From positions 5,287-69,286 of the forward strand of contig JBKHFH010000002.1 in NCBI GenBank assembly GCA_046540335.1: 64,000 nucleotides of DNA, given 5' to 3'. Source of the stretch: Thermoplasmata archaeon. Its GTDB lineage: Archaea; Thermoplasmatota; Thermoplasmata; Halarchaeoplasmatales; Halarchaeoplasmataceae. Under the pieces are notes generated by a model. That model worked only from the letters and a program-made list of their open reading frames with translations. It was not told the origin of the DNA and made no database searches. This document shows positions 29,645-39,650 of the stretch, piece after piece. Position 1 is the stretch's first letter, and the number at the start of each line of letters is the position of its first letter. A program made the position numbers and the translations under genes.

Positions 29645-29983
29645 ATGATCGTTGAAGCCCTCTTCATCGCCATCCTAGCCGCGATAATCATCGCGTGGAT
29701 ATTCTTTCTCTACTCTATCGTATCGAGGAGAAAAGCGCTCAAAGAGGAGTACGGCGAGGTACCTACCCATACTGAACTGTATTTTGAGGAATACTTCGAG
29801 GATATCATGGAAGAGTGGGATCTCGTCACGGAGAAGGAAGCTCAAAAATGGGCTAGAGACATAGATGACAGAGTGACAGAAGTAGCGGGAACGATAGACC
29901 GATTGAACCAGACAAAGGATGAGATAGACCAGGACCTTGAAACGATAGAAGATAAGATAGAAGGATTTGAGGAGAGAGTATAA
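29645..29983 (+). CDS. single-pass membrane coiled-coil protein, paralog 2 of 3
   Basis: N-terminal TM helix 'IVEALFIAILAAIIIAWIFFLYSIV'; C-terminal 'IDDRVTEVAGTIDRLNQTKDEIDQDLETIEDKIEGFEERV'; starts 2 nt after the upstream stop. Confidence 0.5.
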   Translation: MIVEALFIAILAAIIIAWIFFLYSIVSRRKALKEEYGEVPTHTELYFEEYFEDIMEEWDLVTEKEAQKWARDIDDRVTEVAGTIDRLNQTKDEIDQDLETIEDKIEGFEERV

Positions 29984-30000
29984 GATGGAGGTATGATAAT

Positions 30001-30336
30001 ATGGGAATATTTGCAGATAGAGATGCGCGGGATGAGGAGACCTCAACCTTCTCAAGATTCAAAACGGGGATGATGCCAAAAAAAGCGGAGATAGAGGGGA
30101 CTGGCTATAAGAGAAGGGTGATCGACCGAAGGATAGAAAAACATCTTGATAGGCATTTCAATGATTACATAGAGAGATACGACCTGATAAGAGAACTTCA
30201 TCTCAGAGAGATAGAAGACGATCTAGAAAAATGCGAACCCAGAATTAAAGATGTTGATGAGTTCCAGAAAGACATAAAAGCCGAGATCGAAGAACTCGAG
30301 CGAGATCTAGAGAAGATCGAAGAAGAGGTGGGATGA
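30001..30336 (+). CDS. small coiled-coil protein, paralog 3 of 3
   Basis: C-terminal 'IEDDLEKCEPRIKDVDEFQKDIKAEIEELERDLEKIEEEV' matches the motif of the two upstream genes. Confidence 0.5.
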   Translation: MGIFADRDARDEETSTFSRFKTGMMPKKAEIEGTGYKRRVIDRRIEKHLDRHFNDYIERYDLIRELHLREIEDDLEKCEPRIKDVDEFQKDIKAEIEELERDLEKIEEEVG

Positions 30337-30340
30337 AAGC

Positions 30341-30838
30341 ATGAAGACGAAACTATACTCAGAGTTAAAAAAGTTGAAAGTGGACACCCCTACCGAGGGG
30401 AACGCCGGGAAGATCGTGGATATACTGGGTCAGAGATCAAAAAAATACTGGGATGCTAGGGAGGTCGAGATAAAAAGTGGGACCATCAAGAAGAAGAAAA
30501 ACTATTTCCAGGTGAGTGACCTGACGTATGTAGATGAAAAAAGGATATCACTGGGGAGGGGCATCGACCATGGGAACGATAGCCATTCCCGCGATATAGA
30601 TATAAGCCTATCAACGACTGAAGGAAAAAATTTGATGAACAGCGATGAAGAGAAAGTAGGCACGATCTATGACTACGAGATACAGATCGATTCACAACCT
30701 TGGAAAGTTTGGAATATCTTGGTGAAGCCTACCGGTATGTCACCTACGAAGAGGAGGATGAGGATATCTATAGATGATATCGAGGAGGTAGCACCGGACA
30801 AGGTTGTCCTCGTCGAGAGCTACGTAGAACCAGAATGA
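30341..30838 (+). CDS. PRC-barrel-like domain protein
   Basis: The C-terminal half 'EEKVGTIYDYEIQIDSQPWKVWNILVKPTGMSP...RISIDDIEEVAPDKVVLVESY' fits the PRC-barrel pattern; starts 5 nt after paralog 3. Confidence 0.45.
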   Translation: MKTKLYSELKKLKVDTPTEGNAGKIVDILGQRSKKYWDAREVEIKSGTIKKKKNYFQVSDLTYVDEKRISLGRGIDHGNDSHSRDIDISLSTTEGKNLMNSDEEKVGTIYDYEIQIDSQPWKVWNILVKPTGMSPTKRRMRISIDDIEEVAPDKVVLVESYVEPE

Positions 30839-31011
30839 GATGAAGAGCTAGGGATCAAAAACACTTCTTTTTATTTTCATCAAAGCTATCTTATCTATGT
30901 CCGATAAACCCTCTTTAGATACATCCATGATCGCAAATAGGTGATGATGTTTTAGGTCTTCTTTAGAAGGACAAAAAAAGATATACTATATTAACGTATG
31001 ACGATGATAAG

Positions 31012-32286
31012 ATGCTGCACCAGATATCTACACTCGACTTATTGTCTTTCATGCTTGCTCTCTCTATCGGTACGATAGTCGGGGTGGAGAGGTCTCTCCG
31101 GTCGGCGAAAGAAGATGAACTCAAGGGAGCAGGCATCAGGACCTTCGCTCTGGTCTGCATACTCGGGTTTTTCCTGGTACGTTTCTTCAAAGAGGAGGAA
31201 CTGATGCTTTTTAGCGCAGTATTTGTGTTCTCAGCTCTGTTCCTCTCGATACCTTTCCTCCGAACAAAGAAAGGTACTGCGGGATTGACGACCTCTACTG
31301 CTCTTATCGGTATCTTTCTGACGGGGATGATCTTCGGCTACCATCGGCCGGTCCTCGGAGTCGTAACCGGTCTTCTCCTTTTGGCTGTCACTTCGTCCAA
31401 GAAGGTGCTGCACCGCTTCGCCGATATATTATCCATTGAAGAATTGATGAGTGCTGTGCGCTTTTTGATCGTGGCGGGTATATTAGTACCGATAACGTAT
31501 TCCCTGGGTCCTATCCATCCTCTCATAGGTCCCGGCAGAGTTTTCGATCCTCTTCAAGGCCTGATGATGGTACTGTTCGTCTCAGGCATATCTTTCTTTA
31601 GTTATATCATCATGAAACTCTATGAAGCCAGTAAAGGCCTTCAGATATCCGCGTTCATAGGCGGATTCGTGAGTTCGGCAGCGGCTACCGCTTCTGCATC
31701 CCAGAAATGTGAAAAGATCGAAGGAGGTATCATATCTTCAGTCAAGAGCATATTTCTCTCAAACGTGTCGATGTTTATCAAGGACTACATAGTTATAGCG
31801 GCTGTAGGCGGTCTCGCTTTAGCGGTGGATTTCGTACTCCCTTTAGGGCTCCTTCTGATCATCAATTGCCTGTTCATCGTTTTCTTGAAGAAAGAAAAGA
31901 GTCGTGATGAAGAAACTGGGACTATCTCACTGGGAACACCCTTCGCGCTTAAGCCGGCTGTAAAGTTCGCTATCCTTTTCACCCTCATCTGGGTGTTGAG
32001 TTATTATCTGCAGACTTATCTGGGGGACTATGGCATCTATATGGTCTCGGTAGGAGGTCTGGTCTCGACCACTTCAGTTTCAGCTTCGATATCTTCACTT
32101 TATCTATCGGGGGATATAAACGCACTCACTTCATTATCGACGATGCTGTTGGCTTTCGCCTTCGGATCTTTCTCCAAAGTTCTGATAGCATGTACTTACA
32201 GCAGAGATCTTTCTAGAAAGCTCCTCATCCCTATGCTCATATTGAGCACCACATCATTTATATTGGTGTTTCTATTGAACCTATGA
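31012..32286 (+). CDS. MgtC/SapB-family N-domain fused to a DUF4010-type membrane domain
   Basis: The N-terminus 'LALSIGTIVGVERSLRSAKEDELKGAGIRTFALVCILG' matches the MgtC signature; about 10 TM helices. Confidence 0.6.
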   Translation: MLHQISTLDLLSFMLALSIGTIVGVERSLRSAKEDELKGAGIRTFALVCILGFFLVRFFKEEELMLFSAVFVFSALFLSIPFLRTKKGTAGLTTSTALIGIFLTGMIFGYHRPVLGVVTGLLLLAVTSSKKVLHRFADILSIEELMSAVRFLIVAGILVPITYSLGPIHPLIGPGRVFDPLQGLMMVLFVSGISFFSYIIMKLYEASKGLQISAFIGGFVSSAAATASASQKCEKIEGGIISSVKSIFLSNVSMFIKDYIVIAAVGGLALAVDFVLPLGLLLIINCLFIVFLKKEKSRDEETGTISLGTPFALKPAVKFAILFTLIWVLSYYLQTYLGDYGIYMVSVGGLVSTTSVSASISSLYLSGDINALTSLSTMLLAFAFGSFSKVLIACTYSRDLSRKLLIPMLILSTTSFILVFLLNL

Positions 32287-32332
32287 TGTGGCGGGAAAAT
32301 GACTAAATACCGCTCGTAAGGAGTGTTATTGG

Positions 32333-33862
32333 ATGATAAGTACAGGTATCATATACGCGCTTGTTCTCATCTTTGGATTCATCGGAGTAATGGCGGTTTT
32401 AGACAGATTCGATCTTCTGGAGCCGGTCGGGCTTGAACTCTCTGGTCCTTTTCTGATGTGGAAAACGAAGAAAGGAAGAGACTTGATAGAACGGATATCA
32501 AAAAAGAAGCGGTTCTGGGAGCTATACGGTAGTGTAGGGATAGTTATAGTTGCGATAGCGATGATAATCATCTTCCTGATGGTGATTTTCAACGCTTACG
32601 TCGCGACTTCCATACCTGCTGAACAGGCTCCTGAAGCCAACGAGATACTGGTCATCCCTGGAGTGAATCCGTTCATACCGATAGGCTATGGGATATTGAG
32701 TCTCGCGGTCGGGATAATAGTACATGAGTTCTCCCACGGTATCCTTTCCAGAGTGGCCGATGTGGATATCAAATCTCTCGGTCTTATCTTTTTGGTGGTT
32801 CCTCTGGGAGCTTTCGTGGAACCCGACGAAGACCAGCTTGAGGGAGCTGAAAGGCTCAAGAGAGATAGGATGTACGCTGCGGGAGCTACATCGAATATCG
32901 TACTCGCCTTGGTTATTGTTCTAATATTTTCTATGGTCTTCATGGGATCAGTATCGGTGAAGGAAGAGGGACCCATGATCACAGCGACAGGCGTGAACAC
33001 GCCTGCCGATGAAGCCGAGATCCAGACCTACGAACAGATACGTGAGATCGACGGTAAGGAGATATTAAAGCCCTCGGAGATCCTTTCGATAGATATAGAA
33101 CCTCTTAAAAGGGTAGAGGTGAAGACCCTGAGAGGTGATGAAACACGCACTTACAACTTGACAGCCGGTCTCGTCATAAATGGAGTCGCCAAGGATTCTC
33201 CCGCGGACCGCGCCGGTCTGAAAGCAGGAGACATCTTCTATCAGATCGATAACGAAAAGATAAGGAACAGAGATGATTTCACCGAGGCTTTGGATGGAAA
33301 AAGCGACGATGTGCAGCTTAAGATATCATATTTCAGGAAAGATGACTCGGATTACGCTCGGGAGAACAATAGCCTTAATCTGAAAGACGGATTGATGGGT
33401 GTCAATCTTGGTTATTTCGGCGTGGTGACCCAGGAAGCGGACTGGATCATCCAACTCCTGTCTAGGCCTCTGTCCGGAGCTGAAAACGGAGCAGAAGCCC
33501 TACAGAACGCGGCCGGATACATATCTCTACCTTTACTTGGACTGTCTCCCCTGCCAGAACAGATAGCGGAGCAGTACGAGGTGAATGGACCTCTATCTAT
33601 GTTGCCCACCAGTTCGTTCTGGGTCTTGGCGAATTCACTTTACTGGATTTTCTGGTTGAATATATTGCTCGGTCTTTTCAACGCACTGCCCGCGGTACCT
33701 CTTGACGGAGGACATCTAATCAACGATTGGATGGAAGGACTGTCGGAGAGGCTAGGGCTGAATGAAGAAACTGGAAAAAAATTATCGTCCAGCGTGACTT
33801 ATGCACTCGCTTTACTCGTCCTGTTCTTACTGATGTGGTCCATGATAGGCCCTAGGATTTGA
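32333..33862 (+). CDS. site-2 protease (M50 family RIP metalloprotease) with PDZ domain(s)
   Basis: 'HEFSHGILS' HExxH motif, 'LNILLGLFNALPAVPLDGGHL' LDG motif, and PDZ-like segments between them. Confidence 0.75.
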   Translation: MISTGIIYALVLIFGFIGVMAVLDRFDLLEPVGLELSGPFLMWKTKKGRDLIERISKKKRFWELYGSVGIVIVAIAMIIIFLMVIFNAYVATSIPAEQAPEANEILVIPGVNPFIPIGYGILSLAVGIIVHEFSHGILSRVADVDIKSLGLIFLVVPLGAFVEPDEDQLEGAERLKRDRMYAAGATSNIVLALVIVLIFSMVFMGSVSVKEEGPMITATGVNTPADEAEIQTYEQIREIDGKEILKPSEILSIDIEPLKRVEVKTLRGDETRTYNLTAGLVINGVAKDSPADRAGLKAGDIFYQIDNEKIRNRDDFTEALDGKSDDVQLKISYFRKDDSDYARENNSLNLKDGLMGVNLGYFGVVTQEADWIIQLLSRPLSGAENGAEALQNAAGYISLPLLGLSPLPEQIAEQYEVNGPLSMLPTSSFWVLANSLYWIFWLNILLGLFNALPAVPLDGGHLINDWMEGLSERLGLNEETGKKLSSSVTYALALLVLFLLMWSMIGPRI

Positions 33863-33886
33863 TCTCCGAAATCTTTTATCCTTCGA

Positions 33887-35308
33887 ATGCGCTTGGGTGT
33901 CAATATGTTACAATTTGAAGATGTGGCGGTCATAGATAGGAATGCCGAATACAGGGGAGTCGATCCCGAAGAGTTGATGGAGAACGCCGGAAAAAGACTG
34001 GCGGAAGTCATAATGGATAAATTTTCTGAAATGCCCGTCCTTTTCGTTTGTGGGACCGGTAACAACGGCGGAGACGCCTACGTGGCTGCTAGATATCTGA
34101 AAGAGGAATGGGATACTGACATAGATGTCTATCTTGTGAAACGCAGCGAGGACATCAGGAGCGATATCGCGAGGAAGAACTTTGAAGGATTCGGGGGAAA
34201 GGTCCTAGAAGATTTGGATTGGTCTGATATCGACAGGAACACGATCATAGTGGACGCGATGCTGGGAACAGGGATCAAAGGCGATATCAGAGAACCCTAT
34301 CGGTCTGCGATAGAAGATATGAACGAACTCAGGAATCCAATCGTTTCAGTGGATGTACCCAGCGGTTTCGGATCGGATATCATGGTCCATCCAAAGCTTA
34401 CCGTGACTTTTCACGATATCAAAGAAGGTATGACCATGGAGAACTCTGGAAAGATAGAGATAAGAGATATAGGGATACCCGAGAAAGCTTTAGATCACAC
34501 TGGTCCCGGCGAGATGCTCCTTTATCCAAGAGCTCGAGAGGACTCCCACAAAGGCGAGAACGGTAGACTGCTGATAGTAGGAGGAGGTCCATACACTGGC
34601 GCTCCAGCTCTTGCAGGCAAAGCCGCATACAGGACCGGTATCGATCTTGTACATCTCGCGGTGCCTTCTTCCGTTTCAGATACCATTTCCGGATATTCTA
34701 TGGATTTTCTGGTGCATCCTTTGGAAGGCGAGATCCTGACGGAGGAACACATGGGAAAGATACTGTCGATCTCCGAAGAATGCGATTCTGTTATAATCGG
34801 ACCCGGTTTGGGTGATGACGAGGAGAGTTTGCAGGCGGTGAAGGAACTGATCGAAGAGATCGATGTTCCGATGGTGGTAGATGCCGATGCGCTGAAGGCC
34901 TTTGACGGGGAGATCAAGTCAGGTAGAGATTTGGTCCTCGCACCCCACCGTGGAGAGTTCAACCAGCTTATCGGCGAACGAGTGGAAGAGATGGAGGAAA
35001 AAGCCGACGAGTTCGCAGAGAAAAATTCGATCGTTCTCGTGGTGAAAGGAGAAACGGACTACATAACCGATGGAGAGGAACACAGATGGAACGATTTCGG
35101 AAACGAGGGGATGACAGTGGGCGGTACAGGAGATACCTTATCAGGAGTGATAGGAGCCCTGCTGGGCAAAGGAGCGGAACCTTTCAACGCCGGAAGGATA
35201 GGGGCCTACATGACCTGCAAAGCAGGAGATAAGGCCTTTGAAGAGTTTAAATGGGGGCTCTTACCGCAAGACATAATAGAGAGACTGCCTGAACTCTTCA
35301 GTGATTGA
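33887..35308 (+). CDS. nnr: bifunctional NAD(P)H-hydrate repair enzyme (epimerase/dehydratase, YjeF N+C)
   Basis: 'LFVCGTGNNGGDAYVAARYL' (YjeF_N) and 'GENGRLLIVGGGPYTGAPALAGKAAYRTGIDLVHLAVP' (carbohydrate-kinase-like C-terminal domain). Confidence 0.8.
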   Translation: MRLGVNMLQFEDVAVIDRNAEYRGVDPEELMENAGKRLAEVIMDKFSEMPVLFVCGTGNNGGDAYVAARYLKEEWDTDIDVYLVKRSEDIRSDIARKNFEGFGGKVLEDLDWSDIDRNTIIVDAMLGTGIKGDIREPYRSAIEDMNELRNPIVSVDVPSGFGSDIMVHPKLTVTFHDIKEGMTMENSGKIEIRDIGIPEKALDHTGPGEMLLYPRAREDSHKGENGRLLIVGGGPYTGAPALAGKAAYRTGIDLVHLAVPSSVSDTISGYSMDFLVHPLEGEILTEEHMGKILSISEECDSVIIGPGLGDDEESLQAVKELIEEIDVPMVVDADALKAFDGEIKSGRDLVLAPHRGEFNQLIGERVEEMEEKADEFAEKNSIVLVVKGETDYITDGEEHRWNDFGNEGMTVGGTGDTLSGVIGALLGKGAEPFNAGRIGAYMTCKAGDKAFEEFKWGLLPQDIIERLPELFSD

Positions 35309-35386
35309 CTCTTTCCAAAGTTCCTCCTCATGACTAATTTTTTATACTTTTTTCTTCTATAGCTCAACTGTTGAATATAGGTGTTT

Positions 35387-37048
35387 ATGATGGTAGATAT
35401 AAAAGCTCCTCGAGGGACTGAATTGACCTGTAAAGGCTGGAAACAGGAAGCGATGCTGAGACAGTTGAAGAACAATCTTGAGAATGCGGAAGATCCCGAT
35501 GATCTGATAGTGTATGGGGGTTCCGGGAAGGCTGCTAGGAACTGGGAGTGTTACGAACAGATAGTCGAAAGTTTGAAGGAGTTGGAGAACGACGAGACGT
35601 TACTCGTACAAAGCGGTAAACCGGTCGGTATTTTTCAGACTCATGAAAGATCACCTAGAGTTTTGATAGCGAATTCAAACCTCGTACCTAAATGGTCCAA
35701 TTGGGATAAATTCTACGAGCTCGAAGATCTGGGGCTGATGATGTACGGTCAGATGACAGCGGGGAGCTGGTGCTATATCGGTACGCAGGGCATAATACAG
35801 GGTACTTACGAGACCTTCGCCGCCGCTGGACGAAAACATTACGACGGAGACCTGCAAGGTAAGTTCTGCTTGAGCGGCGGCCTAGGAGGTATGGGAGGTG
35901 CTCAACCTCTAGCGATAAAGATGAACGGCGGTGTCGCTCTTGTGGTTGAGATAAATCCAGATAGAGCAGAAAAGAGATTGGATGCAGGTTACTGCGATGT
36001 CGTTCTCGAAGATCTAGATGGAGCGTTAGAGGTCTGCGAGAACGCGAAAGAGGAGGGTAAAGCGAAAGCCGTGGGATTGATCGGTAATACCGCCGAGACC
36101 CACCCTGAGATACTGGATAGGGGCGTGATACCTGATATGGTCACCGATCAGACAAGCGCCCATGATGCGATGGCTTACTTCCCGAAGGGGATGAGTTATG
36201 AAGAGGCTCTCGATCTCAAAGAGTCCGACCCTGAAGAGTACAAAGAGAGAAGTATGGAGTCGATGAAACTTCACTGCAAAACGATGGTCAAAATGCAGGA
36301 AAAAGGTGCGATAGCTTTCGATTACGGCAACAATCTGAGAGGACAGGCCTACGAAGCAGGCTTTGAGAACGCTTTCGCCTATCCGGGTTTCGTCCCTGCC
36401 TACATAAGACCGATGTTCTGCGAAGGCAGAGGTCCATTCAGATGGATGGCTCTTTCGGGCGATCCTCAAGATATTTTGAAGACCGACGAAGTTGTGAAGG
36501 AATTGTTCCCTGATAACGAGCAGCTGGTGAATTGGATCGATCTCGCAGAAGAGAACCTACCATGGGAAGGTCTTCCCGCTAGAGTGTGCTGGCTCGGCTA
36601 CGGCGAGAGAGAGCGGTTCGCTAAAAGGATAAACGAGATGGTAAAGAGCGGAGAGTTGAAAGCGCCCATATCTATATCGAGAGATCATCTCGATACCGGA
36701 AGCGTCGCGAGTCCGAACAGGGAGACGGAGAAGATGAAGGACGACAGTGACGCGGTGGCTGATTGGCCTCTCTTGAACGCTCTTCTTAACACGAGCGCGG
36801 GAGCGGACAGCATATCGATACACAACGGAGGGGGAGTCGGTATAGGACTTTCCACCCACGCAGGGATGGTCGTCGTTGCCGACGGTACCAAAGGATCTGA
36901 AGAAAATATAGAGAGAGTGTTCAAGACAGATCCTGGTATAGGTATAGTGAGGCACGCCGACGCCGGTTATAAGAAGGCCAGAGAATTCGGTCTGAAGAAC
37001 GATATCAGGATGCCGATGATAGAAAGGCAGAGGAGAGAAGAAGAGTAA
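35387..37048 (+). CDS. hutU: urocanate hydratase
   Basis: '[21 protein letters not shown]', '[19 protein letters not shown]' and '[13 protein letters not shown]' are urocanase signatures; about 553 aa. Confidence 0.85.
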   Translation: MMVDIKAPRGTELTCKGWKQEAMLRQLKNNLENAEDPDDLIVYGGSGKAARNWECYEQIVESLKELENDETLLVQSGKPVGIFQTHERSPRVLIANSNLVPKWSNWDKFYELEDLGLMMYGQMTAGSWCYIGTQGIIQGTYETFAAAGRKHYDGDLQGKFCLSGGLGGMGGAQPLAIKMNGGVALVVEINPDRAEKRLDAGYCDVVLEDLDGALEVCENAKEEGKAKAVGLIGNTAETHPEILDRGVIPDMVTDQTSAHDAMAYFPKGMSYEEALDLKESDPEEYKERSMESMKLHCKTMVKMQEKGAIAFDYGNNLRGQAYEAGFENAFAYPGFVPAYIRPMFCEGRGPFRWMALSGDPQDILKTDEVVKELFPDNEQLVNWIDLAEENLPWEGLPARVCWLGYGERERFAKRINEMVKSGELKAPISISRDHLDTGSVASPNRETEKMKDDSDAVADWPLLNALLNTSAGADSISIHNGGGVGIGLSTHAGMVVVADGTKGSEENIERVFKTDPGIGIVRHADAGYKKAREFGLKNDIRMPMIERQRREEE

Positions 37049-37070
37049 ATAATGTAGGAGTTTTATTGAT

Positions 37071-37961
37071 ATGACGGATATGGACGAGGAATTCACTGTT
37101 CACGAGATCAGTAAAGAGGATAAAGAAGAAGTCCTAGAATTGACCGAAGATATATGGGAGGGACACGATTACATCCCCGATCTGATCGACGGATGGATCG
37201 AAGAAGGCGGCTTCATCAGCGGGAAAGTGAAAGGTAAGATCGTCGCTGTCGCTAAACACACCGAACAGAGCGAAGGAGTTTACTGGTTGGAAGGTTTGAG
37301 AGTCCATCCCGAACATCAGGGTAAAGGTTACGGAAGAAACATGATCGAGGGGCAGATAGATCTCCTCGAAGAAAAAGGCTACGAAACTCTGCGTTTCCTG
37401 ACCAGTCAGGATAAAGAGCCGGTTAAGAAAGTGGTCTCAGAGAGAGGTTTCAAGGTAAAACAGTCCTATCACTATCTCAAACTAGACGCTGAAGAATTGG
37501 CCGAGAAAAGGGGAGAGATAGAGAGTTACAGAGAGAATCTTGAAGGGGTTGAACTTGAAAAGAGTGCGGAAAAAGTCAAAGATTTCGTTTTTTCCTCTAA
37601 AGAATATGAAGAGTATATGGGGGAGTATCTAGCGGGCTGGACCTGCAAAAGGATTGACGAGACATTGCTGGAAGAAGAAGTGGAGAAGGGCAACTGTTTC
37701 AGCATACGTAAAGATGGAAAGATCGACTCCCTTGCATTTCACTATCATTACGAACCCTTTGCATCCTTGAGTATAGCTTTCATATCGGGCTCCAAAGAAG
37801 GCGCATCTCGCCTGATCGATCACGGACTGGTGAAGAGTATAGAAAACCATCACGTTAGATATACCATTAAAACCGCTTCGGACAGGATAGCTTCTATAGC
37901 TGAAGAAAGAGGTATCGGGAGATCGGAGCACGAGAAGGTGCTGCTTTTCGAGAAGAGATGA
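37071..37961 (+). CDS. GNAT family N-acetyltransferase (two-domain)
   Basis: 'VHPEHQGKGYGRNMIEGQIDLLEEKGYETLRF' is a GNAT acetyl-CoA-binding motif. Confidence 0.65.
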   Translation: MTDMDEEFTVHEISKEDKEEVLELTEDIWEGHDYIPDLIDGWIEEGGFISGKVKGKIVAVAKHTEQSEGVYWLEGLRVHPEHQGKGYGRNMIEGQIDLLEEKGYETLRFLTSQDKEPVKKVVSERGFKVKQSYHYLKLDAEELAEKRGEIESYRENLEGVELEKSAEKVKDFVFSSKEYEEYMGEYLAGWTCKRIDETLLEEEVEKGNCFSIRKDGKIDSLAFHYHYEPFASLSIAFISGSKEGASRLIDHGLVKSIENHHVRYTIKTASDRIASIAEERGIGRSEHEKVLLFEKR

Positions 37962-37974
37962 CGAGGTGCGAGAT

Positions 37975-38604
37975 ATGGATGAAGAGATACGGGTCGTTTC
38001 TTTCGACATGGACGGAACGCTCATACCCAAAAGATTTGCCGACGACTTCTGGCTGGAGAGGATACCCGAACTCTACAGCGAGAAGAAAGGGTTACCGTTA
38101 GAAGAAGCAAAAGAGAAGCTTATCGAAGAGTACGATGAGATGGGTAGGGACGATATCAGATGGTACGAGCCGGAGTATTGGTTCTCCAGGTGCGGCTTAG
38201 ATCAAGATCTCAGAGAAGTTCTTGAGGAGCTGAGAGCTGAGTATGACCTATACCACGATGCCAAAAAGGTGATGGAAGAACTGAACCATGAATATGAATT
38301 AATAGTTATATCGAACGGGATCAAGATGTTCATAGAGGTCGGTCTTGGAGATCATAAGAGTTGTTTTTCCGACCTTTACTCTTCAGTATCTGATTTCCGG
38401 ATGAGCAGTAAAACACCTTCCCTTTATCGAAGTGTATGCCGAGAGTTACAAATTGACCCGAAAAAAGTCGTGCATGTAGGAGATGATAGAGAGAACGACT
38501 ATGAACCAGCCGAAGAGGCCGGGATGAGGTCCTATCTTCTAGATAGGGAGGGAAAAAGCGAAGACGGGCTGGCTGATCTCAGAGAATTGCTCGAGATCCT
38601 TTAG
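37975..38604 (+). CDS. HAD-superfamily hydrolase
   Basis: Motif I 'VSFDMDGTL' and motif IV 'HVGDDRENDYEPAEEAGM'. Confidence 0.65.
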   Translation: MDEEIRVVSFDMDGTLIPKRFADDFWLERIPELYSEKKGLPLEEAKEKLIEEYDEMGRDDIRWYEPEYWFSRCGLDQDLREVLEELRAEYDLYHDAKKVMEELNHEYELIVISNGIKMFIEVGLGDHKSCFSDLYSSVSDFRMSSKTPSLYRSVCRELQIDPKKVVHVGDDRENDYEPAEEAGMRSYLLDREGKSEDGLADLRELLEIL

Positions 38605-38613
38605 ACCAGTTTT

Positions 38614-39438
38614 TCAATTATCTATCAGGTCGATGTTTTTGTCTTTCACGTGGACGTATTTTCCCTTATTACCTCCCCTGTAGTTAGAGACCGAAAATAT
38701 CGAGAGCAGCTTTTCATCGAAATAATACCTGTATCCCTCAGGATGGACTTCGTGGGCTCTTATTATAGTAGATAGGTCGTTCTTATCCAAAAATTCGCTG
38801 ACGGCCTTCTCCCCATAGAGTTGAAAGCCTCCTCGTTTGAAGTTCGGTTCAAATCCCTCGATATCCTCGCTCGGATCGTTCCAGAATATCTCTTTATAGG
38901 ATTCGTCGGTATGGCTCAATTCATTTATGCGAGAAAGAGAAGTTATCCCTCTGGAGATCCCGCCGTGAGCTAGGTAATAGTCATCCTTCACTACAGCAGC
39001 TACAGGTAATCTATCGTAAAGTTCGACTATATTCTGATAGAGCGATCCAGGATATCTCATATTGATCACCCTATAGAATCCGTACTGACGGTTCATACTC
39101 TCGGTCTCGTGGTTACCCCGTAACAATATCACTTTCCCGGGCCTTTCTATCTTGAGAGAGAGAGCGTAAACCAGGGTTTCAAGCTGTTCTTCGCCTCTAT
39201 CTACGTAATCACCGAGATACACTATTGGGACGTCATTTTTGATAGCATGTTCAGCGGGTCGTTTGGCAGATTCTAAGTTCCCGTGTGTATCTCCAACCAC
39301 AAAAAATTCGCTCCAATCCTTCTTAACAAGATTTCGATCTTCTACTCGCTTACTTGCCTGCAGGATGAGCTCACGATAGTCGTTCTCAGTCACGGTATCG
39401 ATGCCCTCTGACAGGACCTTATCGATTACGCCCATCAT
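38614..39438 (-). CDS. PPP-family Ser/Thr protein phosphatase (calcineurin-like metallophosphoesterase)
   Basis: 'GDTHGN', 'GDYVDRGEEQLETL' and 'LRGNHE' are canonical PPP motifs. Confidence 0.75.
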   Translation of the reverse strand: MMGVIDKVLSEGIDTVTENDYRELILQASKRVEDRNLVKKDWSEFFVVGDTHGNLESAKRPAEHAIKNDVPIVYLGDYVDRGEEQLETLVYALSLKIERPGKVILLRGNHETESMNRQYGFYRVINMRYPGSLYQNIVELYDRLPVAAVVKDDYYLAHGGISRGITSLSRINELSHTDESYKEIFWNDPSEDIEGFEPNFKRGGFQLYGEKAVSEFLDKNDLSTIIRAHEVHPEGYRYYFDEKLLSIFSVSNYRGGNKGKYVHVKDKNIDLIDN

Positions 39439-39650
39439 TTCTTTTTTAAGTGGTTCTCTGATATTTCAATCACACGGTCTTCATCTTAAACATCCAATAT
39501 CTTTTCCCACAATTTATTTTCGATTTGAATAGTCTGAACTGAGGATCAGATAACTTTACTATCATCTTCATATCTGAAGAATGTGAAGAACGCTAGAGAT
39601 GAAATGTAAACAACCAGAAGATATTTAAACCATCTTTGAATCAAAAATCG

